The notes under the pieces: model-generated
What the model was told of the DNA's origin: nothing
What the model saw: the letters and a program-made list of their open reading frames with translations, nothing else
Database searches by the model: none
Source: Candidatus Latescibacterota bacterium
GTDB taxonomy: Bacteria; Latescibacterota; UBA2968
DNA length: 64,000 nt
Assembly: GCA_965208125.1 (NCBI GenBank)
Contig: OZ242320.1
Location: 576,001-640,000 of the forward strand
Direction: 5' to 3'
Shown: piece by piece, positions 29,154 through 38,747 of the stretch
How positions within the stretch are numbered: the stretch's first letter is position 1
How the letters are laid out: each line of letters begins with the position of its first letter
Translations under genes and position numbers: made by a program

Positions 29154-30563
29154 TCAGGCAAAATAGCGCGTGTACAAAATATAAACCGCCAGACCAATCA
29201 TCAGCAAAAAACAGAACCACAACAGCAGATCCGTCTTCAAAGACGGTTTCAGACGCTGATCGAGATGTCTATAGCGCAAATACAGCGTCCCCCCGGCAAT
29301 CAGAGGAAACTTAATCGCCCCAAACAAATGCCCGATAGTCAGCATCCAAACCGGATTTTGAAAAAAGAAATACGCCAGAGAAGTCACCAGAGGGGAAACC
29401 ACCGCCCAAATGCGCAAAATGCGAACCCGGGTCTTGTAATCATTGCGCTCAATCAAACCCATCACAGACATCCCATCCGCAAAAATGCGTACCCCACCCC
29501 CCAGACCGGATATCGCTGTCGAATAAAGCACAAAAAAAGCACCCACCATAAATAACCAGAACGCCCATTCCCCAAGCGTCTGCGTGTACATATTGGAAAG
29601 CACGGGAATCGTCTCCAGGCCATCGGGTTGTTTATTGAGCCGATACAACACCCCCGCGCCCAGCATATAAAACGGAATCGTCGCACAGGTCAGCAACCCC
29701 AGCGTCAAAAGCACATCGGTTTGCATCACCCGAATCCATCCCCTCGCGCGCTGAACCCAGGCAGCGGACTGATCTGCCGGTCCCGAAAAACGCGCATAGC
29801 CCTTTTCCACACACCAATACGTATAAGCCATCTGTTCGCCCGAACCCACCCCGGTTCCCCCATACATCGCCAGCGCGGCCAACAGCGCAAAAACCGGAAA
29901 ACCAAACGTCAGCCCACCGCGCACCTCTTCCCAGGTAATCGCATATTCGGTCAATTGTAGCAAAATAGCGCAGGCGACCGTAATAAACGTAAACATAACC
30001 ACCAGAACCGTCATCAGCTTTTCGAGAAACCGATACGTCCCGGTCAGAATAATCACAGACGCTGTAACAGCCAGAATAACCGTCCACCATTCCGACCCAA
30101 GAGAAGGCAGAGCCATGTGAATCGCCTGACCAGCCCCCCCGTAAATACCACCGCTGATCAACTGCCCGGGAATAATCCAGATCAACCAAAAATAGATATA
30201 CCACGACACCTTCCGCCCGTTAAACGCGGGCAACTTTCCGGGCAATCGGTTAAAAGCGTGCAAAAAAGGTTCGCCAGAAGCAACCGAAAAACGCGCGAGT
30301 TCTGCCTGAACAATATTCTTACTCCAGCAACTCACCAGCACAAACCAGAGCATTGAAAATCCAACAATAGAACCCAAATTCGTCGTCAAAATAATCTCAC
30401 CAGAACCCACCACAGACCCCACCAGGATCAGCCCTGGACCGAGAAACTTCAGCGTACCGCGAAGTCCTTGTGGGGGTTCCTGAACCGCCCGTGGATCCAG
30501 CGCATAGAGATCTGGATTTTCATCTTCTCCCAATGGTTGTACAGTTTTGGATTCTTCTGGCAT
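29154..30563 (-). CDS. Nramp-related (APC fold) transporter
   Basis: LGPGLILVGSVVGSGE TM1, about 11 TMs; lacks the DPGN metal motif. Confidence 0.8.
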   Translation of the reverse strand: MPEESKTVQPLGEDENPDLYALDPRAVQEPPQGLRGTLKFLGPGLILVGSVVGSGEIILTTNLGSIVGFSMLWFVLVSCWSKNIVQAELARFSVASGEPFLHAFNRLPGKLPAFNGRKVSWYIYFWLIWIIPGQLISGGIYGGAGQAIHMALPSLGSEWWTVILAVTASVIILTGTYRFLEKLMTVLVVMFTFITVACAILLQLTEYAITWEEVRGGLTFGFPVFALLAALAMYGGTGVGSGEQMAYTYWCVEKGYARFSGPADQSAAWVQRARGWIRVMQTDVLLTLGLLTCATIPFYMLGAGVLYRLNKQPDGLETIPVLSNMYTQTLGEWAFWLFMVGAFFVLYSTAISGLGGGVRIFADGMSVMGLIERNDYKTRVRILRIWAVVSPLVTSLAYFFFQNPVWMLTIGHLFGAIKFPLIAGGTLYLRYRHLDQRLKPSLKTDLLLWFCFLLMIGLAVYILYTRYFA

Positions 30564-30603
30564 ATACCCTCCCTTTGAATTAGCTTATCCTGCAAAAACA
30601 AAA

Positions 30604-30692
30604 AGCCACCCGGTATGCACAGCGCATTTTCAGGCAGTCCCATGCCATTGGCACTACTGACGTTGTGCTGCGCGTATGACTCGCGGGTGGTT
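30604..30692. other. Long imperfect hairpin between infA and Nramp-like gene (candidate structured RNA)
   Basis: Nested pairs GCCACCCG/CGGGTGGT, TATGC/GCGTA, CAGCGCA/TGTGCTG, TCAG/CTGA, TGCC/GGCA; U-tract follows on - strand. Confidence 0.55.
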
Positions 30693-30714
30693 ATTTACGT
30701 GTCGATTTGAGTAT

Positions 30715-31023
30715 TTAACGGCGGCGACGCGATCTACTGCGTCCACCGCGGCCGGGACGCCTGCTCCCGCCTCCTTGCGTGCTCGGAGGAGGTGGCCCAC
30801 CTGTTCCGGAATCGCGGAATGTAATGCGCCCCCGGTTCAGGTCATAAGGAGAGGTCTCAATCGTGACGGTATCGCCTACAACAATGCGAATATTAAAACG
30901 GCGCATTTTGCCCGACGTATAACCGAGAATCTGATGACCTCCCTCAATCTCAACTTTGTATTGCCCATCGGGCAAAATATCGACAATCGTTCCTTCCAGT
31001 ACAACTTTTTCTTCTTTTGCCAT
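30715..31023 (-). CDS. infA: Translation initiation factor IF-1 with C-terminal extension
   Basis: MAKEE..EG, SGKMRRFNIRI..GD.V.IE.SPYDL.RGRITFR. Confidence 0.95.
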   Translation of the reverse strand: MAKEEKVVLEGTIVDILPDGQYKVEIEGGHQILGYTSGKMRRFNIRIVVGDTVTIETSPYDLNRGRITFRDSGTGGPPPPSTQGGGSRRPGRGGRSRSRRRR

Positions 31024-31190
31024 AAAACCTCCAACTATGGGATGGATAAACTCGCCGTTCTTCCTTACACCATTTGGGATGCATAGCTAAAAATAAAGCC
31101 AGCCTTTCAATAAGATATGAGAGAAAATTTATATCGACAAGTATTTTTGACACGCGACCAATTTCCAAATTTTACACCCGAACGCACAAC

Positions 31191-32381
31191 TCAAAAAATG
31201 CGATAGCTCAGAGCAAAAAGAAGACTCTGCCTGAATGGTGACCCTTCTTCTTTGGAAATTTGCTCAATAGCCGTCAAGCTAATTTTATTTTCAATAAAAA
31301 ATGTGAAACTGATATTTGAAAAATGTCTAAACCTCGCATCTTGATCGCGTTTTTTGTTAATGTGCAGTGTATTGGAACTCACAAAGGCAATTCTGTTGGT
31401 AATTTCGTAGATAAAATCGACATTCTGCCGGATATTATACTCTCGCCTGAAATAGTCTCTCTTGAATGGCGTATCCAATTTGAAATCTGTATTGACCTGT
31501 ACCTGCCAACTGATAGGTCGCGAATACCGCATATTAAGAGCCAGAGCAGGAGGAGGACGTTCTATGTCTTTATCCCTGGTCTGTAATTGATACTGAACCC
31601 CCGCATTGACATCCCAACCAAAAAACCGGTCGCTGATCTGCTCCTGTGTAAGTACCTCGCGCATGCGAAAGAGGCCAACAGGACCAATATTACCACCCCC
31701 GGTCACAAGGCCGGTTTTGTCAATTTCACTGCTCATATCTTCGTACCAGTAGTGCAGATAGGTACGATCGCCGTGGATATTGCGGTACTCATCTTCTTTT
31801 TCGATAATTTGCCCAAGTGTGATCATTGTGTCTTTGGGCAGAAAATCGCTAATAACGCCTTCTTCGAACAAAAAGTCTTCGATACGCACGGCTTTGCGCA
31901 GGGCAGTAGCATTGATAAACCGACCATATCCAAGGCCTAAAATGACATCGCTCTGCGGACGATCAAAGCCCTTACGCATCAAAGCATCTGGACTGACAAA
32001 ATAGAAAAACTTATGGGTTTCCCGAAAATACTTTTGAACCTGTATATCGAGATTCATTTCATAAGTACCCGTACGCTCAGAATCTTCAAATGAAAATTGG
32101 CGAAAATATGAGGCCGAACTGAGCGCATCGATAAAATATGCAAACGGCAGAGAACTGTAGAATTTTCTGTACACAAGGCCAACTCTGCCCTCTTCGTGTA
32201 TGACTTCTTTGCCCTCGGTCGTCAAATTAAAACTCAACGCATCAATGCGTAGATTATCCACCTGGCTCACCGGCACTTTGTAGTCGGTGACCGAAACATT
32301 TTGCGCCTCTGCCGATGCTGTAATCAGCAGCATTGCAAGCGTACAGCAGGCAAGTGCCTTTAATAGATATTGTGCATTCAT
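31191..32381 (-). CDS. Hypothetical outer-membrane beta-barrel protein
   Basis: Signal peptide (..ASAEAQ), alternating aromatic beta-strands, C-terminal LSYRIF. Confidence 0.65.
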   Translation of the reverse strand: MNAQYLLKALACCTLAMLLITASAEAQNVSVTDYKVPVSQVDNLRIDALSFNLTTEGKEVIHEEGRVGLVYRKFYSSLPFAYFIDALSSASYFRQFSFEDSERTGTYEMNLDIQVQKYFRETHKFFYFVSPDALMRKGFDRPQSDVILGLGYGRFINATALRKAVRIEDFLFEEGVISDFLPKDTMITLGQIIEKEDEYRNIHGDRTYLHYWYEDMSSEIDKTGLVTGGGNIGPVGLFRMREVLTQEQISDRFFGWDVNAGVQYQLQTRDKDIERPPPALALNMRYSRPISWQVQVNTDFKLDTPFKRDYFRREYNIRQNVDFIYEITNRIAFVSSNTLHINKKRDQDARFRHFSNISFTFFIENKISLTAIEQISKEEGSPFRQSLLFALSYRIF

Positions 32382-32455
32382 GAGTAGCCTCCGCGATAAG
32401 CTATTTGTCAGTCCAGCAGGTTGTCCCCAGGATGAACGAGCCTGACATCCGTTCT

Positions 32456-33373
32456 TCATTCTGTATTCTCCGGATCCTTTTCAACTGTGGGCCTTGAAAT
32501 AATAAAGGTAATATCATCGTAATCCGCTGCGACAACCGTCCCCGTATTATTTGAATCGGTAAGCAACCCCAAATAATCAACCGGACGGGGATCACCACCG
32601 AACAGCCGCCGATAGTCTTGGTATGCATTCACTTCTTCCCAAACCCATTTTTTTGCATCTTTTGCACCGTTGCGCAAGACAATAATATATTGGACCCCAA
32701 TCCTCCCCTTCTTAATGACCGTCCCTTTGGGCAGTGTCTCGCTCCAGATGTATTTGAGCGTTTTGGTACGGCCAAAGACCAGACGCACCGCAGCAGCACT
32801 GTCATTTTTGTCGTCGTCGGTTTCATCGGATCCCTCGGGCAAATCGTGTACTCGCCAGCGCCAGCGCAATTTTTGGAACAAACGCAAACTTGCTTTGATT
32901 TCTCTGCCTCGATATGTGACCTTTGCTTCTCTCCCAAAATTTACGGCACCGCCTTTTGTTTTCGCGCTCAGATAATGGTTATTGTTTTCCTGTAAGATTC
33001 GATAGTAAACATCTTCTTTTTTTGCTTTGCTATATCGCCAACCCGATACCCCCACCCAAATCTTGTCGGGATAAGAATTCAAAAATTGAGGATAATCAAA
33101 GGCCTCAAGCACCTGCGTGGAATCTCCCGCAGGCGTGATCCAGTGGGATGGGGGCTGTGAGGGATCTGTTATCTCAAGTATAGTCGAGGGATCGAGACCT
33201 GACCTGGAAGGATCGGCCATTGCAGGATCAGTCGAGAGCAGTGAGTCAACGACCGTAGAATCAACAGATACAGAGACAACCGGTTGGACGACCGTAGAAT
33301 CGGGACCGGCAGCAAAGCATATGCTGTACCTGACAATCACAAATACCACGAGCACGCACAACCTGAGAGCCAT
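32456..33373 (-). CDS. DUF3047-like exported protein
   Basis: LRWRWRV..LP, DSAAAVRLVF, LKYIWS, NAYQDYRRLFG, LTDSNNT; Ser/Thr/Asp-rich linker. Confidence 0.75.
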   Translation of the reverse strand: MALRLCVLVVFVIVRYSICFAAGPDSTVVQPVVSVSVDSTVVDSLLSTDPAMADPSRSGLDPSTILEITDPSQPPSHWITPAGDSTQVLEAFDYPQFLNSYPDKIWVGVSGWRYSKAKKEDVYYRILQENNNHYLSAKTKGGAVNFGREAKVTYRGREIKASLRLFQKLRWRWRVHDLPEGSDETDDDKNDSAAAVRLVFGRTKTLKYIWSETLPKGTVIKKGRIGVQYIIVLRNGAKDAKKWVWEEVNAYQDYRRLFGGDPRPVDYLGLLTDSNNTGTVVAADYDDITFIISRPTVEKDPENTE

Positions 33374-33420
33374 GTTTATCAAGTATATGCTGATAAAGTC
33401 AGTATGGGAACGCAATCCCA

Positions 33421-34299
33421 TCATCCAACCCCGCCGTTACCAATAAAATATCGACTTTTGTAAAGTTGATTTTCCGCATTGCTGGTGACAGCCGATAGAA
33501 ATCCAGAACGGGCTGCGGCTGCACCCCAGTTACCATATTTGTCAATGGCGATATAAGCCATCTGATAGGGACGCGCAGAGGGAACGCGCGCAATGAGTTG
33601 TTGTACAACAGCTTCGCAGGCTTGCTGCGGAGATTTGCCTTGCCGCATGTGTTCAACAACAGCAAACGACCCGCAAGTGCGAGTGATTTCCTCACCGCGA
33701 CCAGTGGCCGCGGCAGCACCTGCGTCATTATCCGCATAAAGTCCCGAACCAATAAGCGGTGAATCGCCGACGCGACCGGGCAACTTAAACGCCGCACCGC
33801 TTGTAGTACAGGCCGCCGCGAGATTTCCGTGCTGGTCAAGGGCGATCATGCCAATAGTATCGTGGACATCTGCGGGAGGACCTGTTCGCTCTCTTTTCCA
33901 CTTTTCCCAGGCTTCTCGCCCCTGCTCAGTAAGCATATTGCATTCTCCAAAGCCCTGTGTGCGAGCAAATTTCAGGGCGCCATTGCCCACGAGCAAAACG
34001 TGATCGGTTTTCTCCATCACGCGTCGCGCCACAGCAGTGGGAGTGGCAATTTTTTTAAGTCCTGCCACCGCACCATAACCGAGGGTGCGCCCGTCAACAA
34101 CCGCGGCATCGACTTCGACCGCCCCCTCGGCATTGGGATATCCGCCGAACCCAACGCTCTTGACCGCAGGATCGCGTTCCGCCACTTCGACACCCCGCAC
34201 AACAGCATCGAGCGCAGAGCCACCGCTTTTCAAAATTTTCCAGGCGGGCTGATTAGAAGACAAACCAAACCGCCATGTGGATACAACAATGTGGGACAT
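33421..34299 (-). CDS. N(4)-(beta-N-acetylglucosaminyl)-L-asparaginase (Ntn hydrolase)
   Basis: SVGFGGYP, HDTIG autoproteolysis site, TTSG..K.PGRVGDSP. Confidence 0.9.
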   Translation of the reverse strand: MSHIVVSTWRFGLSSNQPAWKILKSGGSALDAVVRGVEVAERDPAVKSVGFGGYPNAEGAVEVDAAVVDGRTLGYGAVAGLKKIATPTAVARRVMEKTDHVLLVGNGALKFARTQGFGECNMLTEQGREAWEKWKRERTGPPADVHDTIGMIALDQHGNLAAACTTSGAAFKLPGRVGDSPLIGSGLYADNDAGAAAATGRGEEITRTCGSFAVVEHMRQGKSPQQACEAVVQQLIARVPSARPYQMAYIAIDKYGNWGAAAARSGFLSAVTSNAENQLYKSRYFIGNGGVG

Positions 34300-34328
34300 C
34301 GCCTTCTTTCTATTTGAGAATTTTTTAC

Positions 34329-35624
34329 CTATTCTCCCATCGCCCGATAAATCGCATTTCGCGTCCCCTCGAGATCAAAGCACTCGTACTGGTTGTCGTA
34401 CATCACACGCGACGCAATGTGCATGGCCTGTGATTCGGTTAGATATCCCTCTCCTACTTCGGCCTCGAGCGTTTTGTCAAGCCAGAAACGGGTTTGAAAT
34501 GCGTAAGCAGCGGCACTGGTGGGCCAGCGCGTATCGCCGCCAAAGACAAAGAGCTTATTGATGGGAGCACCGTGAATAAATCGGCGGACAAAATCGCTTG
34601 AAGCGTAGGGATTGATAGACCATGCCCAGCACAGATCTGCCCAGACATTTTTGTAGTGCTTGGTCAGCGCGATGAGTTCATCGCTGTAGGGATAGGCAAT
34701 GTGCATAAGCACAAAGCGGGCGTCGAGATACCTGGCCAAAAGCGCGCAGAGATTGCCAGCTTTAATGCGGTCAACGGGCATGCGATTGTTACCGGCGTAA
34801 TAGCCCGTATGGATTTTGAAAGGCAAATTGTGTTCAATAGTCAATTCCACACCCCGTGCCCAGCACCAATCGCCAAGACACAATCGCATGGACTCGGAAA
34901 CATTGTTATTCGATCTAAGCGTCGCGTAAAGCGCGCGTTCAACATCGCCGCGGGCGCGCGCTTGCCAATTGAGGGTACGATTGTACGCATGTTGGGCTTT
35001 AACCGCAATAGCACAGGGCGCGTGCTTTTCAAATATCGCCTCCATCGCCTTCTGCAGAGAATCGAGATCAACAACAGTAATACCAGTATCTTTGGCAATG
35101 GCTTCCTGATCTATCTGCCCACTGCAAAAACCCGCCCACGAGAGATCGTAAAGAAAAAAGTCTGGTCCCGATTCGTCGGGGTCACAGGGCCAGGAAGAAT
35201 CATCGGTTTGAATATGATCGAGATTGGCGACTTCGCGCAGCAAATTGTAGCGACCGCCGGAAGTACGCAATTCGGTCAGTTTTTCCTGTGCGGGCGCGAG
35301 CACATCGGGTGTGAATTCATCAAAACCATACACATCGGTGACAATGCGCCGCACAGCCTCGCCATAACCCGTGTATTGCGTGGCCTCCCACGCTGCGCGC
35401 ACACCTTCAAAACGCCCGGCGAGATCGGGATCTGAGGCATCCGTGAGACGACGCAGAGCTTCGGGAGATGCACCAGCCGTAATGAGATCCGCAGGCACAT
35501 AATTGCCAAAGAGATCCTGTAATACATCGGGACCGTCATCAATCCAATCAGGCTCTCGACGAAGATGTTCGTGCGTATCGCACAGCGCGGTTTGTTTGAT
35601 ATGTTCAGATAAGTTGGTAGTCAT
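34329..35624 (-). CDS. Amidohydrolase family protein
   Basis: DTHEH, KIHTG, LMHIAYPY, FGGD. Confidence 0.85.
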   Translation of the reverse strand: MTTNLSEHIKQTALCDTHEHLRREPDWIDDGPDVLQDLFGNYVPADLITAGASPEALRRLTDASDPDLAGRFEGVRAAWEATQYTGYGEAVRRIVTDVYGFDEFTPDVLAPAQEKLTELRTSGGRYNLLREVANLDHIQTDDSSWPCDPDESGPDFFLYDLSWAGFCSGQIDQEAIAKDTGITVVDLDSLQKAMEAIFEKHAPCAIAVKAQHAYNRTLNWQARARGDVERALYATLRSNNNVSESMRLCLGDWCWARGVELTIEHNLPFKIHTGYYAGNNRMPVDRIKAGNLCALLARYLDARFVLMHIAYPYSDELIALTKHYKNVWADLCWAWSINPYASSDFVRRFIHGAPINKLFVFGGDTRWPTSAAAYAFQTRFWLDKTLEAEVGEGYLTESQAMHIASRVMYDNQYECFDLEGTRNAIYRAMGE

Positions 35625-35640
35625 GTGTTTATTCCTTTCA

Positions 35641-36408
35641 TCATCTCGCAACTTTCAACCAATATCCCCCATCTACACTCAACACCGTCCCCGTAATATA
35701 GTCGGCAGCATCAGAACAGAGAAACGCGGCGGCATTGGCAATATCTTCCGGCGTCCCCAGGCGCTTCCAGGGCAGCGCAGTAGCAGCCTCTCGGATTTGT
35801 TCTTCGGTTGCATATTGACGCTCGCCGGGCGTATCGATATACCCGGGCGTAATCACATTGGAGCGAATGCGATGATCGGTAAGCTCGTTGGCAATAGTCG
35901 CCGACATCTGATTGATCCCCGCCTTCGCCGCATTATAGGGCAACGAGGTCGGAAAGGGGATATCGGACAAAACAGAACTGATAAAGAGAATTGCCCCCCC
36001 ATCGCCCTGTTTGACCATCTGGCGAGCACCGGCCTGAGCCATGTGGAAAGCACCCCAAAAAGTGACATCAAGCGTGCGCCGCGCACCATCCAATTCCAGA
36101 TCGAGAAAAGGTTCGCGTTTGCTGTAATACGCATTGGAAACCACAATATCCAGACGACCAAATTCCTCAACCGCAGCGGCGACCATCGCATCCACCGCAT
36201 CGCGGTCAGAGACATCTGCGCCATAGACAAGCGCGTCAGATCCCACATCGCGAATCTCAGCGGCAACGTCCTCTGCCTCTTCGGGATGCGTGCGATAATT
36301 GACCGCAACCTTTGCGCCCGACCGTCCCATCCGAAGGGCAATACCGCGTCCAATACCGCGCGACGCGCCAGAAATAAGCGCGACCTTTCCGTCCAAATTG
36401 ATATTCAT
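35641..36408 (-). CDS. SDR family oxidoreductase
   Basis: GASRGIG, YNAAK, ITGTVLSVDGG. Confidence 0.92.
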   Translation of the reverse strand: MNINLDGKVALISGASRGIGRGIALRMGRSGAKVAVNYRTHPEEAEDVAAEIRDVGSDALVYGADVSDRDAVDAMVAAAVEEFGRLDIVVSNAYYSKREPFLDLELDGARRTLDVTFWGAFHMAQAGARQMVKQGDGGAILFISSVLSDIPFPTSLPYNAAKAGINQMSATIANELTDHRIRSNVITPGYIDTPGERQYATEEQIREAATALPWKRLGTPEDIANAAAFLCSDAADYITGTVLSVDGGYWLKVAR

Positions 36409-36427
36409 AGAGAACTCCTTATTCAAA

Positions 36428-36847
36428 TCACTCCGAGGACAGACCAGTACCCGGCCACTGATCGTCGCTGGAAGTAATATCCACAGTGATACCATCGGGA
36501 TCCTCTACTTTGAACGCGCCCTCCTCGAGCTTATCCGGAGCCAAGGGCTCTTTACCGCCCAGACCATCGGAAAAAATCTCGTAACCCATATCCGTCAAAC
36601 GCCGCGCCGCAGCTTCCAGATCGGGAACCCGAATACCAATATGCAAATAATCCAGCATCCCGCTGACGTGCTCCGGACGGGAAGGCCCATTGTGCTGAAA
36701 AATGCGAAAATTGTGATAGCCATCGGTCAGATCAAAAGATTGCCCTCGATCCTGAACCAGGCTCAAACCCAGGCCATCTCGCCAGAAGCGGATGGTCTCA
36801 TCGATATCTGTGGCGCGCACGCCAATATGAACAAGTGTAGTACCCAT
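36428..36847 (-). CDS. VOC/glyoxalase family protein
   Basis: HIGVR..D..ETIRFW, HIGIRV, DPDG; GGAGG RBS before 36847. Confidence 0.85.
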   Translation of the reverse strand: MGTTLVHIGVRATDIDETIRFWRDGLGLSLVQDRGQSFDLTDGYHNFRIFQHNGPSRPEHVSGMLDYLHIGIRVPDLEAAARRLTDMGYEIFSDGLGGKEPLAPDKLEEGAFKVEDPDGITVDITSSDDQWPGTGLSSE

Positions 36848-36886
36848 AATGGTATTCCTCCTGTTAAAGTATAATCTGTGCATCTT

Positions 36887-36910
36887 GGGCGAGGCAAGCC
36901 TCGCCCCTAC
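36887..36910 (-). repeat. GTAG-type REP-like palindrome
   Basis: Minus strand GTAGGGGCGAGGCTTGCCTCGCCC: GTAG tetranucleotide plus 9-bp perfect stem. Confidence 0.6.
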
Positions 36911-36946
36911 CCCTGTATGGTTCTTCGCCTTTGCCTTTCTCCTTTC

Positions 36947-36988
36947 CATCTGCGTTCAGGCTCAAATTACTCGCCTTCATTCTGCGGA
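36947..36988. repeat. Intergenic repeat copy 2
   Basis: CATCTGCGT-TCAGGC-TCAAATTACTC-GCCTTCA-TTCTGCGGA; matches 23299-23341. Confidence 0.7.
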
Positions 36989-37001
36989 TTATTTTTCACC
37001 A

Positions 37002-38747
37002 CTAATCCCACAATTGCTGCATTTCCGCACTCGATTCGAGCAACTCTTCCAGCGTCCCCACGCCCTCGATACGACCATCTTTGAGAACGACAATTTGATC
37101 TGCGCGGCGAAGCGCGGGACGGCGGTGAGAAACCACGAGACAGGTAGCACGACGGTGTTCAAAAACGCGCCGCCAGAGAATGCGCTCGGTTTCCACATCC
37201 AGCGCAGAAGATAAATCGTCAAAAACCAGAAGTTCGGGATCGCGAATAAACATGCGGGCGGCAGCAGTGCGCTGAATTTGTCCGCCGGAAAGTTTGACAC
37301 CGCGCGGCCCAACAATCGTATCCAGACTGTTTTCAAGAGTAGAAATATCGGTCTCCAAAACGCCATTGTAAAGCGCGTGTTCGAGTGCTTGTGGATCATC
37401 GGGCAATCCCAGGAGAATATTATCGCGCAGAGACTCGCTGAAAAGACGCGGGATTTGTGGCGTATAAGCACAGCGCGGAGGCGTAAAAAAAGTTTTGGGA
37501 TCCGCGACCTTCTCACCATTCCAGTAAATATCCCCATCCGCAATCGGAAGAACACCGAGAAGCGCGCGGATAAGCGTGGTCTTGCCCGATCCGATTTGCC
37601 CCGTAATAACCGTAAACGATCCAGCGGGAATGACGAGATCAATATTGTAAATCCCATTTGTAGATTTGGGATAAATATAAGTCATATTGCGAATGGTGAG
37701 TGCGTTGAGCTTGTCCGATTCCACACGGGATGGCAAACGCAGTGCGTCGGGTTCTCGATTGAGATAAACATCCGTGTGCTGAGAGATGCGTTCTCGGGGC
37801 ATATCTTCAATAGTATAAGCCATCCGAAAATAAGAAACTTCGGCACGCTTGTGATTGGTGAGAAGGGTCCCAAGCAGGGAACCGCTTCGGGCAACCTGAC
37901 CGACATAAGTGGCAAAAAGTGCCATATCGCCAACTGTAAACGCGCCCGATTTCATTTTTTCTGCCACGAGAATCAGAATAACGCCCGTGGCAATATGCCC
38001 CAGATTGAAATTTATCGAACTTAAAATTTGAGTGAAGAGATTATCGATAAGAGTAGATACGCGGCGCGCATCATTGAGTTGCCGAAAGCGATCAATCACA
38101 TGGGCTTGCGTGGTGGCGACTTTTACAGCGAGAATAGATTGAAACATCTCATTGATAAAATTGGTAGATCGCTCTGTTGCAACCCGCTGCGCAGTGCGAT
38201 ATTTGTGAATATAGTTGCGGGCAAAATCCACCACAATAACCACGCATATCGCCGGTATAATCGTAATAAAAGTGATATAGGGATCAATTCTCGACATATA
38301 AAAAATAGCGAGTGCTGCAAATACGAGATTGCCCCACATGTGGATATATCGATTGAGGTATTGAATAATGCCCAACACATCGTCGCGGAATCGGTTGGTC
38401 ACCTCGCCAGAGGCGGTAGAAATATTTCCCGGATCTCGAACTTCGAGAATAGCAGTCATAAGATTTTTCCGCAACAGTGTCTCAATAGCATACCACCAGC
38501 GCGGCCATGCAAAAGCCGAACCGAGAAGGGCGATGCGGTTGCCAATCTCAACGGCGACAAAAAGCGCGACAAGCGACCAGGCAGTGAACCCCGCCTCGGC
38601 CTGACCGGTGAGCGCGTCAAAAAAACCCTTCATAATAACGCCCGCGAGAAAAGGCGCAACATCGTCGATACCGCGAAAAAATATCGTAGTCAAAAAAAGT
38701 CCGGGACGAAACTTGAGCAATCGCCATGTCGTTTGGCCCATCGTCAT
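37002..38747 (-). CDS. ABC exporter fused permease/ATPase, subunit B
   Basis: TMD plus [13 protein letters not shown], degenerate Walker B VFDD. Confidence 0.92.
   Translation of the reverse strand: MTMGQTTWRLLKFRPGLFLTTIFFRGIDDVAPFLAGVIMKGFFDALTGQAEAGFTAWSLVALFVAVEIGNRIALLGSAFAWPRWWYAIETLLRKNLMTAILEVRDPGNISTASGEVTNRFRDDVLGIIQYLNRYIHMWGNLVFAALAIFYMSRIDPYITFITIIPAICVVIVVDFARNYIHKYRTAQRVATERSTNFINEMFQSILAVKVATTQAHVIDRFRQLNDARRVSTLIDNLFTQILSSINFNLGHIATGVILILVAEKMKSGAFTVGDMALFATYVGQVARSGSLLGTLLTNHKRAEVSYFRMAYTIEDMPRERISQHTDVYLNREPDALRLPSRVESDKLNALTIRNMTYIYPKSTNGIYNIDLVIPAGSFTVITGQIGSGKTTLIRALLGVLPIADGDIYWNGEKVADPKTFFTPPRCAYTPQIPRLFSESLRDNILLGLPDDPQALEHALYNGVLETDISTLENSLDTIVGPRGVKLSGGQIQRTAAARMFIRDPELLVFDDLSSALDVETERILWRRVFEHRRATCLVVSHRRPALRRADQIVVLKDGRIEGVGTLEELLESSAEMQQLWD

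Noticed and set aside
30604-30692. yybP-ykoY Mn riboswitch, SRP RNA or attC site
   Set aside because: The conserved cores of these families were not found by eye; kept only as an unknown structure.
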